Of a DNA stretch of 32,000 bases, positions 24,406 through 32,000 are shown piece after piece. Each line of letters begins with the position of its first letter. Position 1 is the first letter of the stretch. The translations under genes were made by a program, and so were the position numbers. The stretch lies in assembly GCA_964595665.1 (NCBI GenBank), contig CAZQQS010000002.1, forward strand, positions 21,075 to 53,074, in the 5' to 3' direction. The notes beneath the pieces were generated by a model that had not been told where the DNA came from, did not search any database, and saw nothing but the letters and a program-made list of their open reading frames with translations. This DNA is from an uncultured archaeon (GTDB lineage: Archaea > Iainarchaeota > Iainarchaeia > Iainarchaeales > 0-14-0-20-30-16).

Positions 24406-26880
24406 TCACTCTAAATGTATTGCGGGTTTTCCAGGCTTACATTTAACAGCTTTATTTTCAGGGTCATATTTTTCTTTATCGTTAACTGCAAATATTTTTA
24501 TTTTTAAATTTGTTCTCTTTTCTAATTCCAAAACATCTTTTAATAATTCTAATTCATTCGGGATAACATAAACAAATGCTTTAGTAATTGAATTTTCAGA
24601 CTTATCTTGAATTACTTTTAATATATTATTTATATCGTTAGATAATCTTTCAATTACTTCTTCTTCTTTATCAAATTTAAAATTTATTTTTGATTCATTT
24701 ACTTTTGGATAATTACTTAAAGCTATAAATCCTTTATTTCCAAATTTAGCCCATAAATCTTCAGTAATATGTGGACAAAAAACGTGCAACATTTGTAAAA
24801 ATATAATTGCAGATTCTTTTGAAATCTCTTTTTCATTTTGAATTACTTCAAATAAAGATCTCAATTTTATTGTAACCACATTATATTTAAAATTCTCAAC
24901 ATCATTAAAATATTCTTTTAAATTTTTATTTAATTTGTGTAAAAACTTTTCCGAATCTTTTCCAAATTTAATATTCTCAAAATAAGAATACATTTTCAAA
25001 ATAAATTTATAAGAACTATTCAATCCATTATCTGACCAAATAAAATCTTTTTCTGGACTTGAATTAGAAGTCAAATAAAATCTTAAAGAATCTGCACCAT
25101 ACTCTTCAATTGTATCTAATGGTTCTATTACATTGCCTTTACTTTTAGACATTTTTTCACCATCAGAACCTTTTACAATACCTTGTGTAAAATATCTTAA
25201 TGCTGGTTCATCAAAATTTATCAATCCCAAATCCTTTAAGACTTTTGCATAAAATCTTGCATAAATTAAATGCATAGTTATATGCTCCGGGCCCCCAATA
25301 TATTGATTTATTGGACACCAATAATTCGCTTTTTTAAAATCAAATATCTTATCGTTATTTTTTGAATCAGTATATCTTAAATAATACCAAGAACTATTTA
25401 CAAAAGTATCCATAGTATCTGTTTCTCTTTTTGCATTTCCATTACATTTTGGACATTTTGTATTCATCCACTCTGAATTAGTTCTCAAAGGATTTCCTTG
25501 TCCAAATTTAACTTCTTTAGGTAATACAATTGGTAAATCTTTTTCCTCTAATGGAACTATTCCACACTTGTCACAATATACAATAGGAATGGGTGTGCCC
25601 CAATATCTTTGTCTTGAAACTAACCAATCTCTTAATTTGTATTGAACTGTTTTCTTACCTAAATTAATACTTTGTAAATATTCTGTAATCTTAATAATTG
25701 CATCTCTATTATTTAATCCATTAAATTTATCTGAATTAACTAATATTCCATCTTGAGTATATGCTCTTTCCATTGTATTAACATCTAAATTATTCTCTTT
25801 ATTTTGTATTACTACTTTAATTGGAATATTATATTTTTTTGCAAACTCAAAATCTCTTTGATCGTGTGCTGGCACAGCCATAACCATTCCTGAAGCATAA
25901 TCTGCCAAAACAAAATTTCCAGCATATATTGGCACTTGTTCATTAGTTAATGGATTAATAGCATATGCTCCAGTAAATACTCCTTCTTTTTCATAATCTT
26001 CTTGTTCTTTCTCAGAAACACTTTTTAATTTTTTTAAGAATTCTTGTACTTTAGATTTTTTTTCTTCAGTTACTAAATCCATTAATTTATTATGTTGTGC
26101 ACTAATTACCAAAAATGTTACCCCATACAAAGTATCTGGTCTTGTAGTAAATACTTTCCAATCTTCATTATTAATTTTAAATATAACTTCTGTTCCAAAA
26201 GATTTTCCAATCCAATTTCTTTGTAATACTTTTGCTCTTTCTGGCCAATCAATTTTTTCCAAACCTTCTAATAAAGGCTCAACATATTTTGTTATATTAA
26301 AAAACCATTGTTCCAAATGTTTGATTTCTATTTCTGTATCCTCGTGTCTCCAACATTTACCATTTATTACTTGTTCATTTGCTAAAACACTTTCACATTT
26401 AGAACAATAATTTACAGGTGCTTTTTTTCTATAAGCAATTCCTTTTTCTAACATTTTTAAAAATATCCATTGATCCCATTTATAGAATAAAGGATCAGAT
26501 GTTTTTAATGCTCTTGACCAATCATAACTCCAACCCATAGCTTTTTGTTGTTTCATAAAATTAGCAATTGATTTTGTAGTATAATCTTCAGGGTGCGTAT
26601 TATTTTTTATTGCAGCATTTTCTGCGGGCAAACCTAAAGAATCATAACCTATAGGATAAAGAACATTATAACCTTGCAATCTTTTGAATCTTGCAAAAAT
26701 ATCTCCTAAAGAATACACAAATGCATGCCCCATATGTAATCCTGCACCAGAAGGGTAAGGAAACATATCCAAAACATAAAACTTTTCTTTTTTAGAATTC
26801 TCGTTTACTTCGAAAACTTTTTCTTTTTCCCAAGCTTCTTGAACTTTCTTATCAATACTTCTAAAATCAACTTCAGGCAT
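24406..26880 (-). CDS. leuS: Leucyl-tRNA synthetase, bacterial-type architecture.
   Basis: It has the HIGH region (YVLDMFPYPSGAGLHMGH) and KMSKS (KMSKSKGN). Editing-domain motifs are TTRPDTLYGVTF and AVPAHDQRDFEFAKKY. GYDSLGLPAENAAIK, WLVSRQRYWGTPIP and DTMDTFVNSSWYYLRY are all hallmarks of bacterial LeuRS. The length is 824 aa. Confidence 0.9.
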   Translation of the reverse strand: MPEVDFRSIDKKVQEAWEKEKVFEVNENSKKEKFYVLDMFPYPSGAGLHMGHAFVYSLGDIFARFKRLQGYNVLYPIGYDSLGLPAENAAIKNNTHPEDYTTKSIANFMKQQKAMGWSYDWSRALKTSDPLFYKWDQWIFLKMLEKGIAYRKKAPVNYCSKCESVLANEQVINGKCWRHEDTEIEIKHLEQWFFNITKYVEPLLEGLEKIDWPERAKVLQRNWIGKSFGTEVIFKINNEDWKVFTTRPDTLYGVTFLVISAQHNKLMDLVTEEKKSKVQEFLKKLKSVSEKEQEDYEKEGVFTGAYAINPLTNEQVPIYAGNFVLADYASGMVMAVPAHDQRDFEFAKKYNIPIKVVIQNKENNLDVNTMERAYTQDGILVNSDKFNGLNNRDAIIKITEYLQSINLGKKTVQYKLRDWLVSRQRYWGTPIPIVYCDKCGIVPLEEKDLPIVLPKEVKFGQGNPLRTNSEWMNTKCPKCNGNAKRETDTMDTFVNSSWYYLRYTDSKNNDKIFDFKKANYWCPINQYIGGPEHITMHLIYARFYAKVLKDLGLINFDEPALRYFTQGIVKGSDGEKMSKSKGNVIEPLDTIEEYGADSLRFYLTSNSSPEKDFIWSDNGLNSSYKFILKMYSYFENIKFGKDSEKFLHKLNKNLKEYFNDVENFKYNVVTIKLRSLFEVIQNEKEISKESAIIFLQMLHVFCPHITEDLWAKFGNKGFIALSNYPKVNESKINFKFDKEEEVIERLSNDINNILKVIQDKSENSITKAFVYVIPNELELLKDVLELEKRTNLKIKIFAVNDKEKYDPENKAVKCKPGKPAIHLE

Positions 26881-27049
26881 AACATCACTTAAAATAAATA
26901 TATTATATATAAGAATTAGAGAAAAAGGTTTAAAAGGTAAATGTCTAATCTAAATAAATTATGTTTAATGAGTTTCTTTTTTATATATTTCCTAAGTAAT
27001 TTTATTATTGCTCTGAGATTGATCAGATTGGATTTAAATTGTGATTTAA

Positions 27050-28540
27050 GTGGATGATAAACTAATTAAGAAAATAATGGATTTTGCAGAAGTAAAGCAA
27101 GTAGTTATATCAAAGGAAGCTATTCAAGAGTTAGTTAATACTCATTATACAGATATAATAAATGATGCTGATGCAAAAGGAATTTTTGTTTTGGAAAAGG
27201 ATTTTGTTTTAGACTATTTGAAAGAAAACCCGGATAAAAAAATAATTGCAGAAAAAACACAATTGCCAACTGAAATTTTAAAAAGTATTAAAATACCCGC
27301 ATTAGATTGTGAATCAAATTTTATAATTCCTAAAAATAGACATTATTCTGAAGATCAATGTTTTAAATGCGATATTACTGATTTTGACAAATTTTTTAAA
27401 GAAAAATACAAAGAATTGAGAAAAATTTTATTAATGCATAACAACATTTCTCCAATTTCTAGTAAGGCATTAAAATATATGCAAGAAGGAGAAACTGTTT
27501 GTTTAATTGGAATGGTTATAGAAAAACGAGAAAGTAAAAAAGGAAATATAGTTATAAGTTTAGATGATTTAGAAGGAGAATTTAAAATAATAATTTCACA
27601 AAGTTCAAAATATTTTGAAAATGAAAAAAATTTTATTATAGATGATGTTTTTGCAGTTAGTGGAAAATATTTAGGCAATAATATAGTTATTGCAGAAGAA
27701 ATTGAATTTCCAGGATTATCAAATAAACCTATGAGAAAAGCAGAAAGAGATTTGAATTTAGTTTTAACTTCAGACATACATTTAGGCAGTAAATTATTTT
27801 ATGAAGACATGTTTAAAGATTTTATTAGTTGGTTAAATTGTAAAGGTATTGATGAAAAAGAAAGAGAAGAAATTAATAAAATAAAATATTTGGCAATTGC
27901 TGGAGATTTAGTTGATGGTATTGGAGTTTATCCACAACAATTAAGTGAATTAAATATTATTGATATATATGAGCAATACGAATTATTGGCAAATTATTTA
28001 TCGCAAATTCCAGAACATATAGAAATATTTTTGTTACCTGGAAATCATGATTCAGTAAGATTAGCAGATCCGCAACCTATCATTCCTAAAAAATTTGCTA
28101 AACCATTATATGATTTGAAAAATATTCATTTTTTAAGTTCTCCAAGTAATATAATTATCGAAGGTGTAAACACACTATTGTATCATGGAAACTCAATGAA
28201 TACTTTACAATTTCAATTAAAAATAGATCCTAAAAAAGCAGAATTAGCAATGGAAAAATATTTAGATAGAAGGTGCTTAAACCCAGTATTTGGTAAACGA
28301 CATATTTCAATTCCCGAACCAAATACAAATATGATAATTAAAGATGAGCCAGACATTTTTGTTACGGGCCATATACATTCTAATGCATATAAACAATACA
28401 AAGGAACATTAATGGTTAATCCTGGTTGTTGGCAAGGTCAAACAATATATCAAAGAGAACAAGGCCACATTCCTACGCCTGGGCAAGTACCAGTTATAAA
28501 ACTGCAAAAAGGAAATTATTTTGAAAAACAATTTATGTAA
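27050..28540 (+). CDS. polB: DNA polymerase II (PolD) small subunit DP1, a calcineurin-like phosphoesterase/exonuclease.
   Basis: Phosphoesterase motifs are VLTSDIHLGS, AGDLVDG, LPGNHD and VTGHIH. An OB-fold-like middle region is present. It is immediately followed by the PolD large subunit. The GTG start has tgtgat 4 nt upstream. Confidence 0.9.
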   Translation: MDDKLIKKIMDFAEVKQVVISKEAIQELVNTHYTDIINDADAKGIFVLEKDFVLDYLKENPDKKIIAEKTQLPTEILKSIKIPALDCESNFIIPKNRHYSEDQCFKCDITDFDKFFKEKYKELRKILLMHNNISPISSKALKYMQEGETVCLIGMVIEKRESKKGNIVISLDDLEGEFKIIISQSSKYFENEKNFIIDDVFAVSGKYLGNNIVIAEEIEFPGLSNKPMRKAERDLNLVLTSDIHLGSKLFYEDMFKDFISWLNCKGIDEKEREEINKIKYLAIAGDLVDGIGVYPQQLSELNIIDIYEQYELLANYLSQIPEHIEIFLLPGNHDSVRLADPQPIIPKKFAKPLYDLKNIHFLSSPSNIIIEGVNTLLYHGNSMNTLQFQLKIDPKKAELAMEKYLDRRCLNPVFGKRHISIPEPNTNMIIKDEPDIFVTGHIHSNAYKQYKGTLMVNPGCWQGQTIYQREQGHIPTPGQVPVIKLQKGNYFEKQFM

Positions 28541-28550
28541 GGTGTAATTT

Positions 28551-31500
28551 ATGGAAATTCCGATTTGTGATATTAATACAAAAAAATATTTTGAAAGAAT
28601 AATTTCTGAATCTGATTCTTTATACGAGATTGCTGGAAAAGCAAGAGCATTAAATAAAGATTTAACAAATGAAGTTGAAATAAAACAAGCATCTAATTTA
28701 GCAGATCGAACTGAAAAAATTACTGGGCCAGTAGGATTAACAAAAAGATATTTTGAAGTTTTTGAAAGAACACAAGATAGAACAAAAACTATTTTTGAAA
28801 TTTTTAAAGAAATTATTGAAAACAAATTAGGTCATTATGATACTGACGATGAAAAAGTTTCTCAAGCAGTAAAAACAGCATTGATGTTATTAACAGAAGG
28901 AGTAGTAGTTGCACCAGTAGATGGATTACCAGAAGTAAAAGTTTCTGAAAATATAGACAAAAGTAAATATGTAGATTTATATTTTGCAGGACCTATAAGA
29001 GCTGCTGGTGGAACCGCAACAGTATTTCCTTTAATTTTAGGACATTATGCATCTATTTTAATGGGTTTAAGTGTTTACAAACCAACCGATACAGAAATAG
29101 AAAGATATGTTGAAGAAAATAAAATTTATCACCAAATAACTTCAAGACAATATAAAGCAAAAGATGACGATATTCGACACATAATAAAAAATTGTCCTGT
29201 GTGTGTGAATGGTGAAGGAACAGAAGATGAAGAAGTTGAAATTTATAGAAATGTAAGAGGCGTTAGAACTAACAAAGTTCGAGGAGGAGCAATGTTAGTT
29301 ATTAACGAAGGTTTAGGATTGAAATCTGCAAAATTAATGAAGTTTGCAAAATCTTTAAACTTAGATTGGAATTGGCTAAGTAAATTTATTAAAGTACAAG
29401 ACAACGCAGGAAAAAGAGAAATAAAACCAGTTAAAGGATATTTAGAAGGTGCTGCTGCAGGACGTCCAATATTTTGTTACCCTTCAAGATTTGGAGGATT
29501 TAGATTAAGATATGGAAAAACTCGAACTACTGGTTTAATGGGCACAGCAATTCATCCAGTAACCATGTATTTATTAGAAGAATTTCCTGCAATAGGTTCA
29601 CAATTAAAATTAGAAAGGCCTGGAAAAGGAACAACAATTACAAGTTGTGATGAAATTGATGGTCCAGCAATTTTAACAAAAACTGGTGTAAAATATTTAT
29701 CTAAAATTGAAGAAATTCCAAAAGATGTAATTAAAATTTTAAGCTTAGGAGATATATTAATTACTGTTGGAGATTTTAGAAAATCTGGACATCCATTTGT
29801 TCCAGTAGGATTCTGCGAAGAATGGTGGCAAAAATTATTTTTAAAACAAATATCTGATGAACAAAATAAAGAATATGAAAATTTAGATTATAAAAATTTA
29901 GATGTTTATACTGCAATAGAATTAAGTGAAAAATTTTCATTACCATTACACCCAAAACATATTTTTTATTATGCACAATTAAATAAAGAAGATATTGCCT
30001 TAATAAAATATACTTTGGAAAATTCTAATTATGGTTTTGAAAATAATAAGTTAAAAGAATTAATCTTAGAACATAATTTAGAATTAGAAAATGCTTTTAT
30101 AAAATCAATAATACCTTTTGAAAAAAAAGATAAAGAAATTATTTTAAATTCTAATGTAGCATATGCTTTACTAAAAACTTTTGGAGCAATTTCAAAATCC
30201 CAATTGCCTGTAGAAGAAGACCCATTAAAAATATTATCATTTTTAGCTGGATTCGAAATAAAAGATAAAGGGCGAACTTTTATTGGTGCAAGATTGGGTA
30301 GGCCAGAAGCTGCAAAACCTAGAAAAATGGATGGTTCTCCGCAAGGATTATTTCCTATTTCTAAATTAGGTGGTGCAACAAGAAACATAAATAAAGCAGC
30401 AGATGCTAAAGGTCAAGAATCAAAAGGATTATTGGGAAATACAAAATTAAGTGAAATTTCAATAAGATTATTTAGATGTAATAATTGTAATGCAGAAATA
30501 CCTTACAAACATTGTTCAGTATGTAATTCTAAAACTGAAGAATTATTATTTTGTAAGACTTGTAATAAAAGTGTTTTAACAAAAGATTATGAAAATAAAG
30601 AACATATTTGTAGAACTTGTGGGGGTTATTTACGAGATTATTATATGGGTAATTATGATTTCGCACAAGTATATCATACAGCGTTAGCAAATTTAAAAAT
30701 ATTTAATGCACCTCCAGTAGTAAAAGGTGTAGAAAAACTAATTGCAGAAATAAAAGAAGCAGAACCAATAGAAAAAGGAATTTTAAGAGCAAAAAATGAT
30801 GTTTATGTTTTTAAAGATGGGACTATAAGAGCAGATTTATTGGATGCAAACATATCCCATTTTAGGCCTTCAGAATTAGGATTAACTTTAGAACAAATAA
30901 AAAAATTAGGTTATGAAAAAGATATTTGGGATATTGATATAAATAATGAAAATCAAATGTTAAGATTATTTCCACAAGATGTAATAATTAATTCTTCTGT
31001 TGGAGATTATTTTGTAAATGTTGCAAATTTTGTTGATGAATTATTAGAAAAATATTATGGTTTAGATAAATTTTATAATTGTGAAAAAAAAGAAGATTTA
31101 ATTGGACATTTAATTTTAGGTTTAGCACCTCACACTAGTGCAGGAGTTGTTGGGCGAATAATAGGATTCTCAGATGCAAAAGTAATGTTTGCGCATCCTT
31201 ATTATAATACTGCAAAAAGAAGAAATACAGATGGAGATCAAGATTCTATGATTTTAATGTTAGATGCATTAATAAATTTTTCAACAAGATATTTGCAAAG
31301 TAAAAGAGGAGGAAAAATGGATGCTCCTTTAGTTGCAACATTAGTTATAAATCCAAATGAAATTGATGATGAAGCACATGAAATGGAAACTGGTTATGAT
31401 TATCCTTTATTATTGTATGACGCAGCAGAAGCAATTTCTGATCCTTATTTAAAAGAAATTCCTGTTGTAAAAAACATATTAAATACTGAAGATCAATTTA

Positions 31501-31982
31501 CTTGTTTAGGCTTTACACACGATACATCTCAATTTGATTTGGGCCCAAAACAATCTCGTTATACTAAATTAACAGACATGACAAAAAAAATATTATTACA
31601 AAGTGCAATTCAAGATAAAATTGAGGCTGTAGATAAAAAGGGAGCATTAGAATTGGTTGTGAGTACGCATTTATTTCCAGATTTAATTGGTAATGCGAGA
31701 GCCTATACTCGACAACAATTTAGGTGTACAAAATGTAATACTAAATTTAGACGATTGCCTTTATATTCTGAAATGCGTTGTCCAGCATGTAAACAAGGAA
31801 ATATTATTATGACTATTTCTGAAGGTTCAGTTAGAAAATATTTAGACATAGCAAAACAATTAGTATATGGCAAACAATTAAGCAATTACACTCAAGAGAG
31901 GTTAGAAATCTTAGAATGTGAAATTGAAAGTGTTTTTTGCAAAGAAAAAACAAAACAAAAAAACATAGGAGATTTTTTCTAA
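28551..31982 (+). CDS. polC: DNA polymerase II (PolD) large catalytic subunit DP2.
   Basis: The 1143-aa protein has conserved DP2 blocks (YFAGPIRAAGGTA, GRPIFCYPSRFGGFRLRYGKTR, LGLAPHTSAGVVGRIIGF, RRNTDGDQDSMILMLD) and Cys4 zinc modules (CNNCN...CSVCN, CKTCN...CRTCG, CTKCN...CPACK). I see no intein-sized insertion. AAGGTG lies upstream. Confidence 0.92.
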   Translation: MEIPICDINTKKYFERIISESDSLYEIAGKARALNKDLTNEVEIKQASNLADRTEKITGPVGLTKRYFEVFERTQDRTKTIFEIFKEIIENKLGHYDTDDEKVSQAVKTALMLLTEGVVVAPVDGLPEVKVSENIDKSKYVDLYFAGPIRAAGGTATVFPLILGHYASILMGLSVYKPTDTEIERYVEENKIYHQITSRQYKAKDDDIRHIIKNCPVCVNGEGTEDEEVEIYRNVRGVRTNKVRGGAMLVINEGLGLKSAKLMKFAKSLNLDWNWLSKFIKVQDNAGKREIKPVKGYLEGAAAGRPIFCYPSRFGGFRLRYGKTRTTGLMGTAIHPVTMYLLEEFPAIGSQLKLERPGKGTTITSCDEIDGPAILTKTGVKYLSKIEEIPKDVIKILSLGDILITVGDFRKSGHPFVPVGFCEEWWQKLFLKQISDEQNKEYENLDYKNLDVYTAIELSEKFSLPLHPKHIFYYAQLNKEDIALIKYTLENSNYGFENNKLKELILEHNLELENAFIKSIIPFEKKDKEIILNSNVAYALLKTFGAISKSQLPVEEDPLKILSFLAGFEIKDKGRTFIGARLGRPEAAKPRKMDGSPQGLFPISKLGGATRNINKAADAKGQESKGLLGNTKLSEISIRLFRCNNCNAEIPYKHCSVCNSKTEELLFCKTCNKSVLTKDYENKEHICRTCGGYLRDYYMGNYDFAQVYHTALANLKIFNAPPVVKGVEKLIAEIKEAEPIEKGILRAKNDVYVFKDGTIRADLLDANISHFRPSELGLTLEQIKKLGYEKDIWDIDINNENQMLRLFPQDVIINSSVGDYFVNVANFVDELLEKYYGLDKFYNCEKKEDLIGHLILGLAPHTSAGVVGRIIGFSDAKVMFAHPYYNTAKRRNTDGDQDSMILMLDALINFSTRYLQSKRGGKMDAPLVATLVINPNEIDDEAHEMETGYDYPLLLYDAAEAISDPYLKEIPVVKNILNTEDQFTCLGFTHDTSQFDLGPKQSRYTKLTDMTKKILLQSAIQDKIEAVDKKGALELVVSTHLFPDLIGNARAYTRQQFRCTKCNTKFRRLPLYSEMRCPACKQGNIIMTISEGSVRKYLDIAKQLVYGKQLSNYTQERLEILECEIESVFCKEKTKQKNIGDFF

Positions 31983-32000
31983 TTTTTTATTTTTTAAAAC
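31983..32000 (+). terminator. Oligo-T tracts after polC, a possible archaeal terminator.
   Basis: ttttttattttttaaaac directly follows the TAA stop. The window ends here, so the context is incomplete. Confidence 0.3.

Noticed and set aside
26881-27049. I considered a possible replication origin upstream of the PolD operon, by analogy with Pyrococcus, where oriC lies next to cdc6 and the DP1/DP2 genes.
   Set aside because: The window has no cdc6/orc1 gene. The spacer is only 169 nt. I found only a trivial short direct repeat (agattg twice, around 27015-27030) and no ORB-like long inverted repeats flanking an AT-rich unwinding element. It is most simply a divergent promoter region.
26941-27057. 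A 38-codon ORF (MSNLNKLCLMSFFFIYFLSNFIIALRLIRLDLNCDLSG) lies in the leuS/DP1 intergenic region. It is preceded by aaggtaa and overlaps the DP1 GTG start.
   Set aside because: By my rough estimate an ORF of this length arises by chance with a probability of a few percent per frame in this composition. There is no recognisable motif and it cannot be supported without conservation or expression data. It remains worth a quick look as a possible upstream or leader peptide.
1479-31885. Many 60-140-aa ORFs in the track lie antisense to or out of frame within large confident genes. They are at 1479-1685, 8129-8332, 8838-9077, 9365-9580, 13406-13621, 13724-13918, 13978-14325, 15397-15699, 17463-17645, 17569-17757, 19150-19401, 21590-21796, 21819-22178, 22953-23186, 23264-23461, 24356-24571, 27355-27777, 28213-28401, 28409-28825, 29776-29976, 30029-30388 and 31703-31885.
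   Set aside because: Each is fully embedded in a gene with strong family motifs. The translations are low-complexity (F/L/I/S/K-rich) and lack SD-like motifs. They are the shadow ORFs expected opposite AT-rich coding sequence.
28551-31982. I looked for an intein or a split-gene arrangement in the PolD large subunit, and in other large genes, as seen in some small archaeal genomes.
   Set aside because: The ORF is continuous at 1143 aa, with conserved blocks in the normal order. There is no insertion of several hundred aa with intein splice-junction motifs. LonB, LeuRS, ligase and aCPSF1 are also uninterrupted.
1-32000. I searched for CRISPR arrays, IS elements or transposases, integrases, rRNA genes and box C/D sRNAs in the intergenic spacers.
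   Set aside because: I saw no regularly spaced direct repeats, no terminal inverted repeats and no recombinase catalytic domains. The spacers are at most 222 nt. I found no RUGAUGA...CUGA pairs in the larger spacers (390-490, 9697-9819, 20420-20641, 26881-27049).

Overview
The window is an AT-rich, very gene-dense stretch of an archaeal chromosome. By my hand tally about 96% is coding, with several 1-13 nt gene overlaps. The archaeal assignment rests on recognisable hallmark proteins: PolD small and large subunits, aCPSF1, membrane LonB, proteasome beta, RpoK, ribosomal proteins S17e and L10e, Bud32, ATP-dependent DNA ligase and RNase HII. The low GC content, compaction and small gene set suggest a reduced-genome (DPANN-like) lineage, but that is inference only. 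I found one tRNA, an intronless tRNA-Trp(CCA). I saw no rRNA, CRISPR array or clear mobile element. Most genes carry a Shine-Dalgarno-like GGTGAT/AGTGAT/TGTGAT motif 3-5 nt before the start codon, and this supports several TTG/GTG starts and two start re-assignments. The most interesting region is a five-gene minus-strand operon (14650-20419). It encodes a long-form type IV pilus-like ATPase with a Cys4 N-terminal extension, an oversized PilC/FlaJ-like platform protein, one candidate pilin, a degenerate Nudix-fold protein and a PspC-domain protein. Other points worth follow-up are a bacterial-type LeuRS among archaeal genes, a translationally coupled LonB-stomatin pair, a Lys/Ala/Pro-rich tandem-repeat tail on ribosomal protein L10e, and several unassignable membrane or helical proteins. 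All functional calls come from motif recognition by eye. No database searches were run.
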